From Synechococcus sp. (GTDB taxonomy: Bacteria > Cyanobacteriota > Cyanobacteriia > Thermostichales > PCC-7336): a stretch of 52,954 nucleotides of DNA. The notes under the pieces were generated by a model. It was not told where the DNA came from, searched no databases, and saw nothing but the letters and a program-made list of their open reading frames with translations. This document shows, in pieces, positions 19,148-29,754 of the stretch; positions within the stretch are counted from its first letter, which is position 1; every line of letters starts with the position of its first letter. The stretch spans positions 1-52,954 of the forward strand of contig JBFRWD010000092.1 of assembly GCA_051439425.1 (NCBI GenBank), in the 5' to 3' direction. The position numbers and the translations under genes were made by a program.

Positions 19148-19598
19148 AGCTAAGTTCCTCACACGTTCTGAACAATCACTGGTGCAATTGTACCTATCTA
19201 AATCAACATCAGTGCGCAGATAATTGCCGAGCAGCGACCGTCAATCTGATTCAGTATTCCTAGGTAGTTAAGTCAAGCGCTTGACATCCCTACCCCAGCC
19301 TTAAGCCTTGAGCAATAAGGATAGAAAACGTTGGTACGAGACCGAGGAGAGCTTACCCATTTAGAACGGAAGGAGTCGCCACACTCCAAGTAAAACTTCA
19401 CAACAGATCCTGGTATCCATTGCTGCAGACACCTGTTTATTCGCAGTTTGTCGAGCGATAGCAGTGGCCCCTCTACTGCGGACGTAACAGTTATGTTCAA
19501 CCCTGACTGCAAGCGAAACCCTTAATCCTCACAGAAATGGCAAACGCTATATTGCTCAGTCAAGATAAGAAACGCCAAACACATTGGCAATCCTTCCA

Positions 19599-19693
19599 CA
19601 GCGCCAGGCAATTCGCTACGGAGAATTCTCCAATCATTTCGCCTTTCAGATTCAGAGCTGTCTTCCGACTCTAGACCTTACAGCGGATTGCAA
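19599..19693 (-). mobile_element. MITE-like hairpin element, copy 1 (95 bp, internal deletion)
   Basis: The reverse complement reads TA|TTGCAATCCGCTGTAAGGTCTAGAG...CTCCGTAGCGAATTGCCTGGCGCTG|TG, homologous to the copies at 41398, 45121, 50762 and 52099. Confidence 0.8.
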
Positions 19694-19718
19694 TAGTTCA
19701 TGGATTGCTCCAACCCCG

Positions 19719-20807
19719 TTAATCCCCCAGACAAATCCCCATACCTCTCGCTGTGTGAATCAGGGTACCGGCACAATCCACACAACTGTACGTGGCGATC
19801 GCGTCCTCGATGGGCAACACTTCTACCGAACGGTTCTGCCAGGCCACCATAGTGCCGTATTGCTCCTCGGAAATGAGGTCGACGGCTTTAACGCCAAATG
19901 CCGTAGCCACCAGGCGATCGGTTGCTGAAGGCGTCCCCCCCCGCTGTAAGTGACCCAACACAGTAACGCGGGTATCCAGACCTGTCTTGCCAGAAATGCG
20001 ATCGCTAATGAAATCACCAATTCCCCCTAATCTAGGGAGTCCGCTGCGGTGAAGTTGCTGAGCGACTGTTTCCCCTTGCAGATTCTTCACCCCCTCGGCG
20101 ACAACTGCCAGGGTGTAGGCCAATCCTCGTTTTTGGCGATCGAGAATCTTGGCACAGACCTTATCAATGTCGTAGGGAATTTCGGGGATCAAAATGATCT
20201 TCGCACCGCCTGCAATCCCGGCGCTCAGGGCAATGTGTCCAGCATCCCGACCCATTACCTCCAAAATCATCACCCGTCGGTGGCTTTCAGCAGTAGAGCG
20301 AAGCCGATCAAGTGCTTCAGTGGCAACCCTGATCGCGGTTACGAAACCAATGGCCAATTCCGTTCCGCCTAAATCGTTATCGATGGTTTTGGGGATGGCA
20401 ACCAGGTTCATTCCCTGTCCCACCTTGGCCAGCTTGTTCATAATGGCCAGACTGCCATCGCCACCAATCACCACCAGCGCACTTAATCCCAAACGGTGAT
20501 AGGCATCGACAACATCCTGGGAGCGATCGCGCACCGTTCCGTCTGGGTCGGGGTAGGCGAACGGGTTGCCGTAGTTGGTGGTGCCCAACATAGTGCCCCC
20601 CAGCGGCAACTTACCGATGACAGATTCTAGGGTGAGGGGAATGGTATCGCAGGGTTCGCTCAAAAAGCCGTGGGTTGCGTTAAGGATGCCGATAACTTCC
20701 CAGCCATAACCATGGACGGCCCGCTGTACAACAGCTCGAATCGCTGCATTGAGCCCTGCACAGTCTCCACCACTGGTCATGACGCCAATTCTCCGTGGGC
20801 CGCCCAT
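19719..20807 (-). CDS. pfkA: ATP-dependent 6-phosphofructokinase (PfkA family)
   Basis: TSGGDCAGLN, GGTMLGT, IGGDGS, IPKTIDND, EVMGRDAG and LGHLQRGG motifs. Confidence 0.95.
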   Translation of the reverse strand: MGGPRRIGVMTSGGDCAGLNAAIRAVVQRAVHGYGWEVIGILNATHGFLSEPCDTIPLTLESVIGKLPLGGTMLGTTNYGNPFAYPDPDGTVRDRSQDVVDAYHRLGLSALVVIGGDGSLAIMNKLAKVGQGMNLVAIPKTIDNDLGGTELAIGFVTAIRVATEALDRLRSTAESHRRVMILEVMGRDAGHIALSAGIAGGAKIILIPEIPYDIDKVCAKILDRQKRGLAYTLAVVAEGVKNLQGETVAQQLHRSGLPRLGGIGDFISDRISGKTGLDTRVTVLGHLQRGGTPSATDRLVATAFGVKAVDLISEEQYGTMVAWQNRSVEVLPIEDAIATYSCVDCAGTLIHTARGMGICLGD

Positions 20808-21138
20808 GCCATACCATCCCGATTGTCAAAAAGTTTCGTCAGCATGTTTGTACCGAACTGAGGCGGAGATCGCCAGGAATCCGAGTTTTTTTTAACTTGG
20901 GAAGTTACGGCGGTTCCCATTTGACCGGCGGACATGGGGCGTTATTGAACGAGTTCTGGTCGCTGTGGTGGAACAGGACCCGTGTTTTTAAGGATTGCCA
21001 ATTTGGGATAGCTCGGAACGGAATTAGAGCGATTGCGAGACAACGATAAGCAAAACCAATCACTCGCAAGCAACAACCTTTATGTAGCTAATGTTATTAT
21101 CCCTTCATAAAGTTTTCAGAATGATGCCCATTTAAAAT

Positions 21139-21154
21139 ATAGATTTATTTCTAT
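21139..21154 (+). promoter_or_regulatory. CcmR/NdhR (LysR-type) operator upstream of bicA
   Basis: ATAG-ATTTATTT-CTAT is an exact ATAG-N8-CTAT match, 70 bp upstream of the bicA ATG in AT-rich promoter DNA. Confidence 0.75.
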
Positions 21155-21224
21155 GGTTTGCATTGAACTTATTCTTTCACCCTGTAAGGACGCCACTAAC
21201 CGCTAAATCTATGGACAAGAAGCT

Positions 21225-22928
21225 ATGTCGTTAAATGCCCAACCCTTTGTGAATCGCATTCACTTTAAAAACTTCCGTGGCGACCTGTTTGGTGGGTTGG
21301 CTGCGGCGATCGTCTCGTTGCCGATGGCACTAGCGTTTGGTGTCGCCTCCGGCGCCGGTCCTGCAGCGGGCTTGTACGGCGCCATACTCATTGGCCTTTT
21401 TGCTTCGTTGTTTGGGGGGACGCCAACCCTGATCTCCGAGCCTACCGGCCCAATGACAGTGGTGATGACGGCGGTTGTATCGTCATTAATGGCTGCCGAC
21501 CCCGACAACGGGATGGCCATGGCGTTTACCGTTGTCATGCTGGCCGGCATCTTTCAGATTGTGTTCGGACTGTTGCGGCTCGGGAAGTACGTCACCCTGA
21601 TGCCCTACTCGGTAATCTCCGGGTTCATGTCCGGCATCGGTTTTTTGCTAATCGTTCTTCAGCTCGCCCCTTTGTTCGGGTTTCAAAATGCAGCGGGTGG
21701 CGTCTTTGGGGCCATGCAAACCTGGCCACAGATTGTAAGCGAGTTTAAGGCTCCTGAATTTCTTCTGGGTGCCATCACCATCGCAATTCTGTTTCTAACT
21801 CCGCGGAGGTTGAGAAAACTAGCACCTCCTCAGCTTCTGGCTTTGGTGGCGGCAACAGTTCTTTCGCTGGTGGCTTTTCAAGGGGCAGAGATTAGCCGCA
21901 TTGGAGCGTTCGAAATTGGCATTCCCGAGTTGACAGTTCCAACATTTACGCTGGCACAGTCTCGGGTGATCTTGATAGATGCTGCTGTTCTCGGAATGCT
22001 GGGTTGCATTGACTCATTGTTGACGTCCGTTGTTGCGGACAGCTTGACCCGCACCCAACACAACTCCAATAAAGAGCTGATCGGTCAGGGGATTGGCAAT
22101 ATCGTTTCCGGACTGTTTGGTGGTCTGCCTGGAGCAGGTGCCACGATGGGAACGGTTGTGAATATTCAAACCGGCGGACGGACAGTTCTTTCGGGTTTGA
22201 TTCGTTCCGGTATTCTCCTTGCGGTTGTATTACTGGCCTCCGGCGCAACAGCTGAAATTCCCAGAGCCGTGCTGGCAGGTATCGCAATCAAAGTGGGTAT
22301 CGACATTGTTGATTGGGGCTTCTTGAAGCGCTCTCTAATTGTTTCTCCGAAAGCAGCCGCTATTACTTACGGCACGATCGCAGTCACCGTATTTGGCGAT
22401 TTGATCACGGCCGTTGCATTGGGCGTCTTCGTTTCAAACGTACTCACTATCGAGCGACTGACCGAGCTACGGGTGCAGTCCTTCAGTGCTATCTCCGACG
22501 CTGATGACAAAATTATCTTGACGGAAGAAGAAAGCAGCCTGTTGAATTACGGCAACAACCGCATCCTGTTGTTCCACCTCGATGGCCCCATGATCTTTGG
22601 TGTAGCTAAGGCGATCGAGCGAGAGCAATCGGCTCTCGAAGGGAAAGATGTTTTGGTCGTGGATTTGAGTGACGTTCCTATGATGGGCGTGACCTCGTCT
22701 CTGGCGATCGAAAACACGATCGAACAGGCATTTGAACATGGTCTAGAGGTCTTCATTGTTGGAGCTTCGGGCTCCGTGAAGCGCCGCCTGGAAAAGCTAG
22801 GGGTGTTGAGCTACGTCCCGGCTGATAACCAAATGACCAGTCGGACAGAAGCCTTGCGGCAAGCGGTTGATGTGATTCGCCAGCGCTCGGCAGTTAGCGA
22901 TCCCTCCGAGGAATTAGCAAGAGTCTAG
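21225..22928 (+). CDS. bicA: SulP-family Na+-dependent bicarbonate transporter BicA
   Basis: NRIHFKNFRGDLFGG, LISEPTGPMTV and GAGATMGTVVNI motifs; C-terminal STAS domain (GPMIFG); adjacent to the mrp operon. Confidence 0.92.
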   Translation: MSLNAQPFVNRIHFKNFRGDLFGGLAAAIVSLPMALAFGVASGAGPAAGLYGAILIGLFASLFGGTPTLISEPTGPMTVVMTAVVSSLMAADPDNGMAMAFTVVMLAGIFQIVFGLLRLGKYVTLMPYSVISGFMSGIGFLLIVLQLAPLFGFQNAAGGVFGAMQTWPQIVSEFKAPEFLLGAITIAILFLTPRRLRKLAPPQLLALVAATVLSLVAFQGAEISRIGAFEIGIPELTVPTFTLAQSRVILIDAAVLGMLGCIDSLLTSVVADSLTRTQHNSNKELIGQGIGNIVSGLFGGLPGAGATMGTVVNIQTGGRTVLSGLIRSGILLAVVLLASGATAEIPRAVLAGIAIKVGIDIVDWGFLKRSLIVSPKAAAITYGTIAVTVFGDLITAVALGVFVSNVLTIERLTELRVQSFSAISDADDKIILTEEESSLLNYGNNRILLFHLDGPMIFGVAKAIEREQSALEGKDVLVVDLSDVPMMGVTSSLAIENTIEQAFEHGLEVFIVGASGSVKRRLEKLGVLSYVPADNQMTSRTEALRQAVDVIRQRSAVSDPSEELARV

Positions 22929-23170
22929 CCACCGCTGGAACAAAAGCTGAGAGGTATCGATGGCATTGCAGATTAGCTGCAGGCGATCGACACCGACTCT
23001 CCCCTAGACAAGCCACTTGCTTCTTTTGCGGTGGCTTTCTCGGCCTACCATCCAGTGAACACATTCATCTTTATCGAAGTAAATGCTATTCGTTGTTTCT
23101 CACAGGCGAACGGCTTTAACTTAATAGCTAGTGAATATGTTTTTTCTAGATCGATTTTTTTATCACTTGA

Positions 23171-23518
23171 GTGAACAAAATGCTCATACTCAAATCATTT
23201 GTATTGCTAACAATTTTGATTGGATTTCTGGGGGTCTTGCTCAAGAAAAATCTGATCATGAAAATCATCTCGATGGATATTATGAGTACCGGGATTGTTG
23301 CACTGTTTGTATTGGTTGCTGCCCGCACAGGATTATTTACTCCGATTTTTACGGGGGGGCAAAACGTGGCCTATGCAGACCCGGTTCCCCAAGCCGTAAT
23401 TCTGACTGCAATTGTGATTGAGTTTTCGATTCAGGCACTAATGCTTGTGGGGGTCATGAAGCTGTCTAAAGATAATCCAACCCTAGAGACCGAGATCATC
23501 GAGAAACAGTATTCCTAA
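23171..23518 (+). CDS. mrpC: Mrp/Mnh Na+/H+ antiporter subunit C
   Basis: KNLIMKIISMDIM and ADPVPQAVILTAIVI motifs; start may be the ATG at 23180. Confidence 0.9.
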   Translation: MNKMLILKSFVLLTILIGFLGVLLKKNLIMKIISMDIMSTGIVALFVLVAARTGLFTPIFTGGQNVAYADPVPQAVILTAIVIEFSIQALMLVGVMKLSKDNPTLETEIIEKQYS

Positions 23519-24960
23519 TGAGTGAAATCCTTAATATTGAAATCCTCAATATATGGATCTTCCTTCCGTTCTTGGTTGGATTTGGGATCTATCTGATTCC
23601 TCAGGTCCATCGAGTATTGGCCCTGACTGTTGCCCTATTGTCATTCGCAGTGGGTGGGGCTGCAGCAACTAGCTCGGATCCTTTAACCCTTCAGCTACTC
23701 GATAGCTTTGGGGTTACCGTTACGCTGGACTCCTTGAGCGGTTTTTTCATTCTCACGAATGCAGTTGTGACGCTAGCGGTATTGCTATACTGCTGGCCGA
23801 CTCAGAAAACAACCTACTTTTACATGCAAGCCATCATCTTGCATGGCAGCCTCAACGCTGTATTTGTATGTTCGGATTTCATCAGCCTTTATGTCGCGTT
23901 AGAAGTCATCGGTGTTGCGGCGTTTTTGCTCATCACCTATGTGAGAACCGATCGCTCCATTTGGGTGGGGCTAAGGTATTTGTTTATTAGCAATACGGCC
24001 ATGTTGTTCTACCTGGCGGGAGCAATACTGGTCTATCAATCCAGTCAAACCTTTGCCTTTACTGGATTGCGACAAGCCCCAACCGAGGCGATCGCTCTAA
24101 TTTTTCTGGGGCTTCTTACCAAGGGAGGTATCTTTGTTTCGGGATTATGGCTCCCGTTGACCCATGCGGAATCAGATACTCCAGTCTCGGCCTTGCTATC
24201 GGGAGTCGTGGTTAAAGCAGGGATTTTCCCGTTGGTGCGATTTGCACTGATGCTGGAAACTCTCGATCCGGTCGTCCGAATGTTTGGCGTGGGCACAGCT
24301 CTATTGGGGGTCGGTTACGCGATGTTCGAAAAAGACACCAAGCGGATGTTGGCTTTTCACACTGTGTCCCAATTGGGATTTGTCTTGGCCGCTCCGGAGG
24401 TTGGTGGCTTTTATGCGTTAACCCACGGTTTGGTGAAATCGGCTTTATTTCTCATTGCGGGAAATCTCCCCAGCCGCAATCTGAAAGACCTCAAACACAT
24501 ACCGATTGCAACACCAATCTGGATTGCTCTAGTTATTGCGAGCTTCTCTATTTCGGGATTTCCCTTGTTGTCGGGATTTGGAGCCAAGGTTTTAACCATG
24601 AAAAATCTCCTGCCTTGGCAAGTCATCGGCATGAATCTAGCAGCTTTGGGAACGGCTATTTCCTTTGCTAAGTTCATCTTTCTACCTCGGGGAGGAGAAA
24701 AGTCGGTCAAGCCCGGTTTTTGGGCCGCGATGGTTGTATTACTTGGTGGCTTATTTGTCGCCAATGTGGTGTATTACGAAGCCTATACCCTGCAGAATAT
24801 TGTGAAGCCTTTGGCAACGATTGCCCTTGGCTGGCTAGCATACCTTTTGATTGTTCAGCGGACTGCGGTCAAGCTGTCACGATTTTTCGAACAGTTAGAC
24901 CATCTTGTTGGGACGATGAGCCTGATGTTGACGTTGCTTTTTTGGATGGCATTGGCATGA
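23518..24960 (+). CDS. mrpD: Mrp/Mnh antiporter subunit D (NdhD5-like)
   Basis: DFISLYVALEV, GLWLPLTH, SALLSGVVVK, KRMLAFHTVSQLG, HGLVKSALF and SISGFPLLSGFGAK motifs. Confidence 0.9.
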   Translation: MSEILNIEILNIWIFLPFLVGFGIYLIPQVHRVLALTVALLSFAVGGAAATSSDPLTLQLLDSFGVTVTLDSLSGFFILTNAVVTLAVLLYCWPTQKTTYFYMQAIILHGSLNAVFVCSDFISLYVALEVIGVAAFLLITYVRTDRSIWVGLRYLFISNTAMLFYLAGAILVYQSSQTFAFTGLRQAPTEAIALIFLGLLTKGGIFVSGLWLPLTHAESDTPVSALLSGVVVKAGIFPLVRFALMLETLDPVVRMFGVGTALLGVGYAMFEKDTKRMLAFHTVSQLGFVLAAPEVGGFYALTHGLVKSALFLIAGNLPSRNLKDLKHIPIATPIWIALVIASFSISGFPLLSGFGAKVLTMKNLLPWQVIGMNLAALGTAISFAKFIFLPRGGEKSVKPGFWAAMVVLLGGLFVANVVYYEAYTLQNIVKPLATIALGWLAYLLIVQRTAVKLSRFFEQLDHLVGTMSLMLTLLFWMALA

Positions 24961-25343
24961 TCAAATATCTCAACTATCTGCTCAGGATTGCCATTTGGTT
25001 TCTACTAACGGCAGACGTCAGTCTGGCCAATGTCATCATTGGCATCACAGTTTGTTTGCTGATTCCGACCGGCTACACCGTGCCATCTAAGCTCAGAGAC
25101 TGGTTGCGGGCACTGTACGAGGTTGCGATCGCCATTCCTCAGGCCTATTGGGAGGCGATCGTGATTATGTTCCAGCCTCACAATCACGAAGAAATCGAAA
25201 TGCAGCGGGTGAGACCCCGGCGAACACCAGGATTAATCTTTTTGGACATCTTTATTATTACGTTTACTCCGAAGTCAATTGTATTGAAATATCACGATCG
25301 GGGTTGGTATGAAGTGCATCAAATTAAGGAGGGTGATGGATGA
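24957..25343 (+). CDS. mrpE: Mrp/Mnh antiporter subunit E
   Basis: ATGA overlap with the mrpD stop; IWFLLTAD..LANVIIG and IITFTPKSIV motifs. Confidence 0.85.
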   Translation: MIKYLNYLLRIAIWFLLTADVSLANVIIGITVCLLIPTGYTVPSKLRDWLRALYEVAIAIPQAYWEAIVIMFQPHNHEEIEMQRVRPRRTPGLIFLDIFIITFTPKSIVLKYHDRGWYEVHQIKEGDG

Positions 25344-25591
25344 TGGGCTGGACTTTATTTGTCATGTTTCTCATTCTCTTGATTCCAATGTTTGAAGCCT
25401 ATTGGGATGATGATATCTGGCAGAGAATGTTGGCGTTTGCCAGTATTTCCAGCAAAACATCCATCATGATTTTATTAATTTCCATCTTGCGCGATGACTG
25501 GATGATTGGAGTGGTTGGAGTGCTGATTCTAAGTGTTGGAAATGCAGCGTTAATGCTGCTAGCCCATATCATTCGGAGGGTGAATGCATGA
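25340..25591 (+). CDS. mrpF: Mrp/Mnh antiporter subunit F
   Basis: 83-aa, three-TM protein in the operon position between mrpE and mrpG. Confidence 0.75.
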   Translation: MMGWTLFVMFLILLIPMFEAYWDDDIWQRMLAFASISSKTSIMILLISILRDDWMIGVVGVLILSVGNAALMLLAHIIRRVNA

Positions 25592-25869
25592 TCGTGAATT
25601 ACCTCAGCTTGGCTTGCATTGCCCTTGGCCTGGTGTTTTGGGCTTACGGTACCGTGCCGCTATTGGGGGAGCGGTCTATTGTGTACAAACTGCACTTTCT
25701 GTCGATCTCGGACACGTTGGGGTCGATGCTGGTTGTTTTTGGCCTGCTCCTCAAAATTCCAAGGGAGTGGCCGTTGTTGTTACTAGCTTTAATTTCGCTG
25801 TCGATTTGGAATACCGTTTTGGGTTACGTGCTGGCCTATTGCTCGTCGGGGGAGAACGCCCATGATTGA
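25588..25869 (+). CDS. mrpG: Mrp/Mnh antiporter subunit G
   Basis: YKLHFLSISDTLG motif and three TM helices. Confidence 0.85.
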   Translation: MIVNYLSLACIALGLVFWAYGTVPLLGERSIVYKLHFLSISDTLGSMLVVFGLLLKIPREWPLLLLALISLSIWNTVLGYVLAYCSSGENAHD

Positions 25870-26530
25870 TCTGCCCACGAACGATTTATTTCTAATGATT
25901 CCGATTGTGGCACTGTTGCCGCTGTCGTCTCTCATGTTGGTGCTGCAGGTCAATCCCTATCAAGCGTTGGTCATTCGCGGGATTGTGGGGGCGATCGCTG
26001 CTCTGGTATATGCCTTGGTGGGGGCGGCTGACGTTGCCTTAACTGAAGCGTTGGTGGGCACCATGCTGTCGATCACGCTGTACGCAATCGCGGTGCGATC
26101 GTCGATGAGTGTCAAGGTCGGAGTTCGAGAGGTGGACGAACTAGTGTTTTCGGAGCCTCGTGCTGACAAAGACGTAGCTCTGTCACCGATTGCAGAGATT
26201 CGGCAATTGTGTACCCAGCACCATATGCGGTTGGAGCCGGTTTATTACACGGATACCAACGATCTGAAACACGCCCTGAAAGCGAAGGACGTTCACGCCA
26301 TTCTGTCGCCACATTTCGACGGACTCTCTCATGATGACGAACGCTCCGATCGAACACCGATACGTTACCAGTTTCAAACTCGTGTGCCTCGTATCCACGA
26401 GATTTTGGCAGCTAAATTAGACCATCCCCAGCTACTTCTGGCGGATTTGAATTCTGCAGGCGGAGAAGACCCCGCCCCCAAAGAGGATTCGACTTCAAGG
26501 ACTCAGGCAACCGTTAGCAAGGTTAGATAG
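25862..26530 (+). CDS. DUF4040 / MrpA C-terminal-like subunit with a soluble C-terminal extension
   Basis: GAADVALTEALVG motif; operon position before mrpB. Confidence 0.82.
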   Translation: MIDLPTNDLFLMIPIVALLPLSSLMLVLQVNPYQALVIRGIVGAIAALVYALVGAADVALTEALVGTMLSITLYAIAVRSSMSVKVGVREVDELVFSEPRADKDVALSPIAEIRQLCTQHHMRLEPVYYTDTNDLKHALKAKDVHAILSPHFDGLSHDDERSDRTPIRYQFQTRVPRIHEILAAKLDHPQLLLADLNSAGGEDPAPKEDSTSRTQATVSKVR

Positions 26531-26535
26531 CGATC

Positions 26536-27198
26536 GTGAAATGGGTTTACATTCTGGCTGGAATTGCCTTTTATATCAAAATGCTGGTCATTTCCGATTT
26601 TGACATTGACCTTAGCGGCATGGGGATTGTGGAATCGATCGTGCAGGATTCGGGGGTTGCTAACGCAGTCTCGGGAATTATTTTTCGCAATCGGTTATAC
26701 GACACTATTTTCGAGGTAGTGGTGTTTTCGATTTCTATTATGGGGGTGAGCTATTTATTGGCTGACGAAGAACCTCACGGTACGGTCTACCAGTTTAAGG
26801 ATCACCCGTCTATTGTTTTGGCCCGCTTGGGGGCCACCATCGCGGCCTTGATCGCGATCGAGTTGGCGATTCGCGGACACCTCAGTCCTGGCGGTGGATT
26901 TGCAGCAGGAGTTGCAGGTGGAACGGCGATCGGACTGATTGCGATTACCTCTTCCGCAAACTGGATGCAGGGTATTTATAAGCGGTGGCATGCTGCCACA
27001 GTCGAGAAAGTCTCGGTTCTGCTGTTTATTCTGTTTGCCCTGCTCAGTCTCTCGGGGTTAGCGCTACCACATGGTCAACTGGGGAATTTAGTCAGTGGCG
27101 GCTGGGTGCCGTTGCTCAATATTCTGGTTGCGTTGAAAGTAACGCTGGGGTCTTGGGCGGCAATATTATTGTTTATTCGCTATCGCGGATTGCTCTAG
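26536..27198 (+). CDS. mrpB: Mrp/Mnh antiporter subunit B
   Basis: NAVSGIIFRNRLYDTIFEV and GHLSPGGGFAAG motifs. Confidence 0.9.
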   Translation: MKWVYILAGIAFYIKMLVISDFDIDLSGMGIVESIVQDSGVANAVSGIIFRNRLYDTIFEVVVFSISIMGVSYLLADEEPHGTVYQFKDHPSIVLARLGATIAALIAIELAIRGHLSPGGGFAAGVAGGTAIGLIAITSSANWMQGIYKRWHAATVEKVSVLLFILFALLSLSGLALPHGQLGNLVSGGWVPLLNILVALKVTLGSWAAILLFIRYRGLL

Positions 27199-27492
27199 AC
27201 CATCTACCTTTTGGAATAAGAAGCAGCCTTAGTCTGTGCTTGGCTCTGAGGTAGGGGCTAATTGTTATCCAGTCTTGATGTCAGATTGTAACCCCACCGG
27301 CTTTGCCAAGAGATTTCCTCTAGGCTGTGGGTATTGTTTGCCGAAAAGTGCAGACCGCTTTTGGCCCAGAGCCCGAGCAGAACTCCTGTTCTAAGCGCTC
27401 CCGCTCTCCACAATGAAAACCAGTTAATCGAACAATCTATCTAGCGGTTTGCCCGACTCAATATGGCCCTCTCGGTTTAAGGATGACTGACG

Positions 27493-29754
27493 ATGGAACC
27501 GGAACGTAGCGGCGATCGGGTTGAGACTCCAGCCCAAAAACCTACCGGGACGGAGATGGGAGGGGGATGGCCGCTGGTTCGATATTGGGCGGAAGAAACC
27601 CTGACGGCTAAAGGGCCGACGTTATGGAAGACTCTTCTCCATAAAAGTGCATGCATTTCGTGCGCGTGGGGAACGGGCGGGCAAAAGGGTGGCTTTACGA
27701 ACGAGGCAGGAGAAACGCTGCAGAGATGCATGAAAAGCGTGGAGGCGATCGCCTCCGAACTGGACGCTGGGGTCGATCGCCATTTCTTCGAGCGTTACAG
27801 TCTGTCCGAGTTACAACAACTGACTTCGATGGAGGCCAACCGGCTGGGTCGCTTGAGCTTTCCGGTGATTTACCGGGCGGGGGAATCCCATTTCCAGCGG
27901 ATTGGGTGGGACGAGATTTATGACTTAACGACAGAAGCGTTTCAGCGATCGCCCGAACGGGTTGCCTCTTACAGTTCCGGTCGATCTTCTAATGAGGCAG
28001 CTTATTTACTGCAATTGATGATGCGGGCGTTGGGGTCGAATAATCTGGCGGATTGTTCGGACTTGTGTCACGCGCCGTCGTCGGTTGCCTTATCGACGGT
28101 GTTTGGCAGCGGCACATCGATGGTGAGTTTGGAGGGATTAAAGCAGTCGGATTGCGTTGTGTTGGTGGGCTCTAATGCACCGGCCAATCATCCGCGACTG
28201 ATGAACGAATTGATTCAGCTGCGCGATCGCGGTGGCAAAGTCATTGTTATCAACCCGGTGCGTGAAGTGGGGTTGATCAAGTTTGGCTCTCCTGCCTTTC
28301 CTCTGTCTTCGTTAGTGCAAGGGTCGGAGATTTCGTCGTTATTTTTGCAGCCAATTCCCGGTAGCGATCTGGCGATTTTTGTCGGCATTCAAAAGTACCT
28401 GCTGGAGCATCAGTTAGTGCAGATGGAGTTTTTGCAGTCGCATACCGAGCAATGGGATGTGGTGCTGAAACATGCCAAATCGCTGTCTTGGCAGGAAATC
28501 ACAGATACTTGCGGATTGTCACGGGAGGAGATTGAGGCGGCGGCTCGGGCGATCGCGGAGTCGGAGCGGGTGGTGTTTGCTTGGGCGATGGGGATTACCC
28601 AGCAGGCCAATAGCGTGGATAACATTTTTGCGATTGCCAACACGGCCTTGATGACGGGCAATGCGGGGAAGCTGGGGGCTGGGTTGATGCCGATTCGGGG
28701 TCACTCGAACGTGCAGGGGTTTGGGTCGATGGGGGTGACGGTGCGCTTGAAGGCGGAGATACGGGAGGCACTTGAGGAGTTGTTGGGGCGATCGCTACAG
28801 CGGGAGCCGGGATACGATGCGCGGGCGTTGATTGAAGCGAGCGATCGGGGGGAAGTGGATACGCTGCTGTGTTTGGGGGGTAATTTGTACGCGGCCAATC
28901 CCGATTTGACACAGGCGAAGCAGGCGTTGGGGCAGATCGACACGGTGATTTATTTGGCTACCAAGCCCAATTTGGGACACTTTCACGGCTTGGCTCAGCG
29001 CAACACGATTGTGGTGCCGGTGTACGCGCGGTTTGAAAATCCCCATAAAACAACAACGGAGTCGGGCAATAATTTCGTGCGGTTGAATGACGAGGGCAGC
29101 AGCCACCTGAAGGATGCGGATTTGGTATCGGAGGTGGAGTTTTTGACGCAATTGGCCCACCGCCTACACGGCGATCGCCCTGTGGACTGGCAGCGGCTGC
29201 AAGATACCCGGTACGTGCGGCAATTGATTGCGCGTACCATTCCGGGCTACGAGAAAATTGGCCAGATTGACGAGCAGCGCCAGGAATTTACGATTTCGGG
29301 GCGAATTTTTACCGAACCGGTGTTTCCGACACCATCGGGGAAGGCCAGGATGCAACTGACTCCGTTGCCCGAGCTGAAATTACCGCCTGCAGAGCAGTTT
29401 GGGGTTGATGCGGAGCGGGGGATTGTGGTGGCGCTGATGACGGGGCGGAGTTATTCCCAGCACAATACGGTGGTTTATAAGAACGGCGATCGCTATCGGG
29501 GAATGCCCCATCGCAATTGCATTTTGATGAATGCCGATGATGTGGAATTAGCGGGGTTTAGCGAGCACGGTCGGGTGAGCGTGCGGGGGGATGCGGGGCA
29601 GTTGGATGAGGTGGAAATTATTTGTGGGGATGTTCGGCAAGGGGCGGCGTTGATGTTTTATCCGGAGGCTAATGTGCTGATGAAGGCTCGGATAGAAAAG
29701 CGATCGGGGACACCAGCGTACAAAAGGGTACCTGTATTGGTATTCGGTGCCTGA
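27493..29754 (+). CDS. FdhF/YdeP family molybdopterin oxidoreductase
   Basis: CISCAW, YSSGRSSNEAAY, NNLADCSDLCH, PIRGHSNVQG, RSYSQHNT and YPEANVL motifs. Confidence 0.92.
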   Translation: MEPERSGDRVETPAQKPTGTEMGGGWPLVRYWAEETLTAKGPTLWKTLLHKSACISCAWGTGGQKGGFTNEAGETLQRCMKSVEAIASELDAGVDRHFFERYSLSELQQLTSMEANRLGRLSFPVIYRAGESHFQRIGWDEIYDLTTEAFQRSPERVASYSSGRSSNEAAYLLQLMMRALGSNNLADCSDLCHAPSSVALSTVFGSGTSMVSLEGLKQSDCVVLVGSNAPANHPRLMNELIQLRDRGGKVIVINPVREVGLIKFGSPAFPLSSLVQGSEISSLFLQPIPGSDLAIFVGIQKYLLEHQLVQMEFLQSHTEQWDVVLKHAKSLSWQEITDTCGLSREEIEAAARAIAESERVVFAWAMGITQQANSVDNIFAIANTALMTGNAGKLGAGLMPIRGHSNVQGFGSMGVTVRLKAEIREALEELLGRSLQREPGYDARALIEASDRGEVDTLLCLGGNLYAANPDLTQAKQALGQIDTVIYLATKPNLGHFHGLAQRNTIVVPVYARFENPHKTTTESGNNFVRLNDEGSSHLKDADLVSEVEFLTQLAHRLHGDRPVDWQRLQDTRYVRQLIARTIPGYEKIGQIDEQRQEFTISGRIFTEPVFPTPSGKARMQLTPLPELKLPPAEQFGVDAERGIVVALMTGRSYSQHNTVVYKNGDRYRGMPHRNCILMNADDVELAGFSEHGRVSVRGDAGQLDEVEIICGDVRQGAALMFYPEANVLMKARIEKRSGTPAYKRVPVLVFGA

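Noticed and set aside
17151..20830. tRNA-Pro-anchored genomic island with a possible attR (CATCCCGATT at about 20815)
   Set aside because: Only a 10-bp match, no integrase, and the intervening genes look native.
23523..23552. 15-bp tandem duplication at the mrpD start (EILNI-EILNI)
   Set aside because: It is in frame, at a variable N-terminus, and probably neutral.
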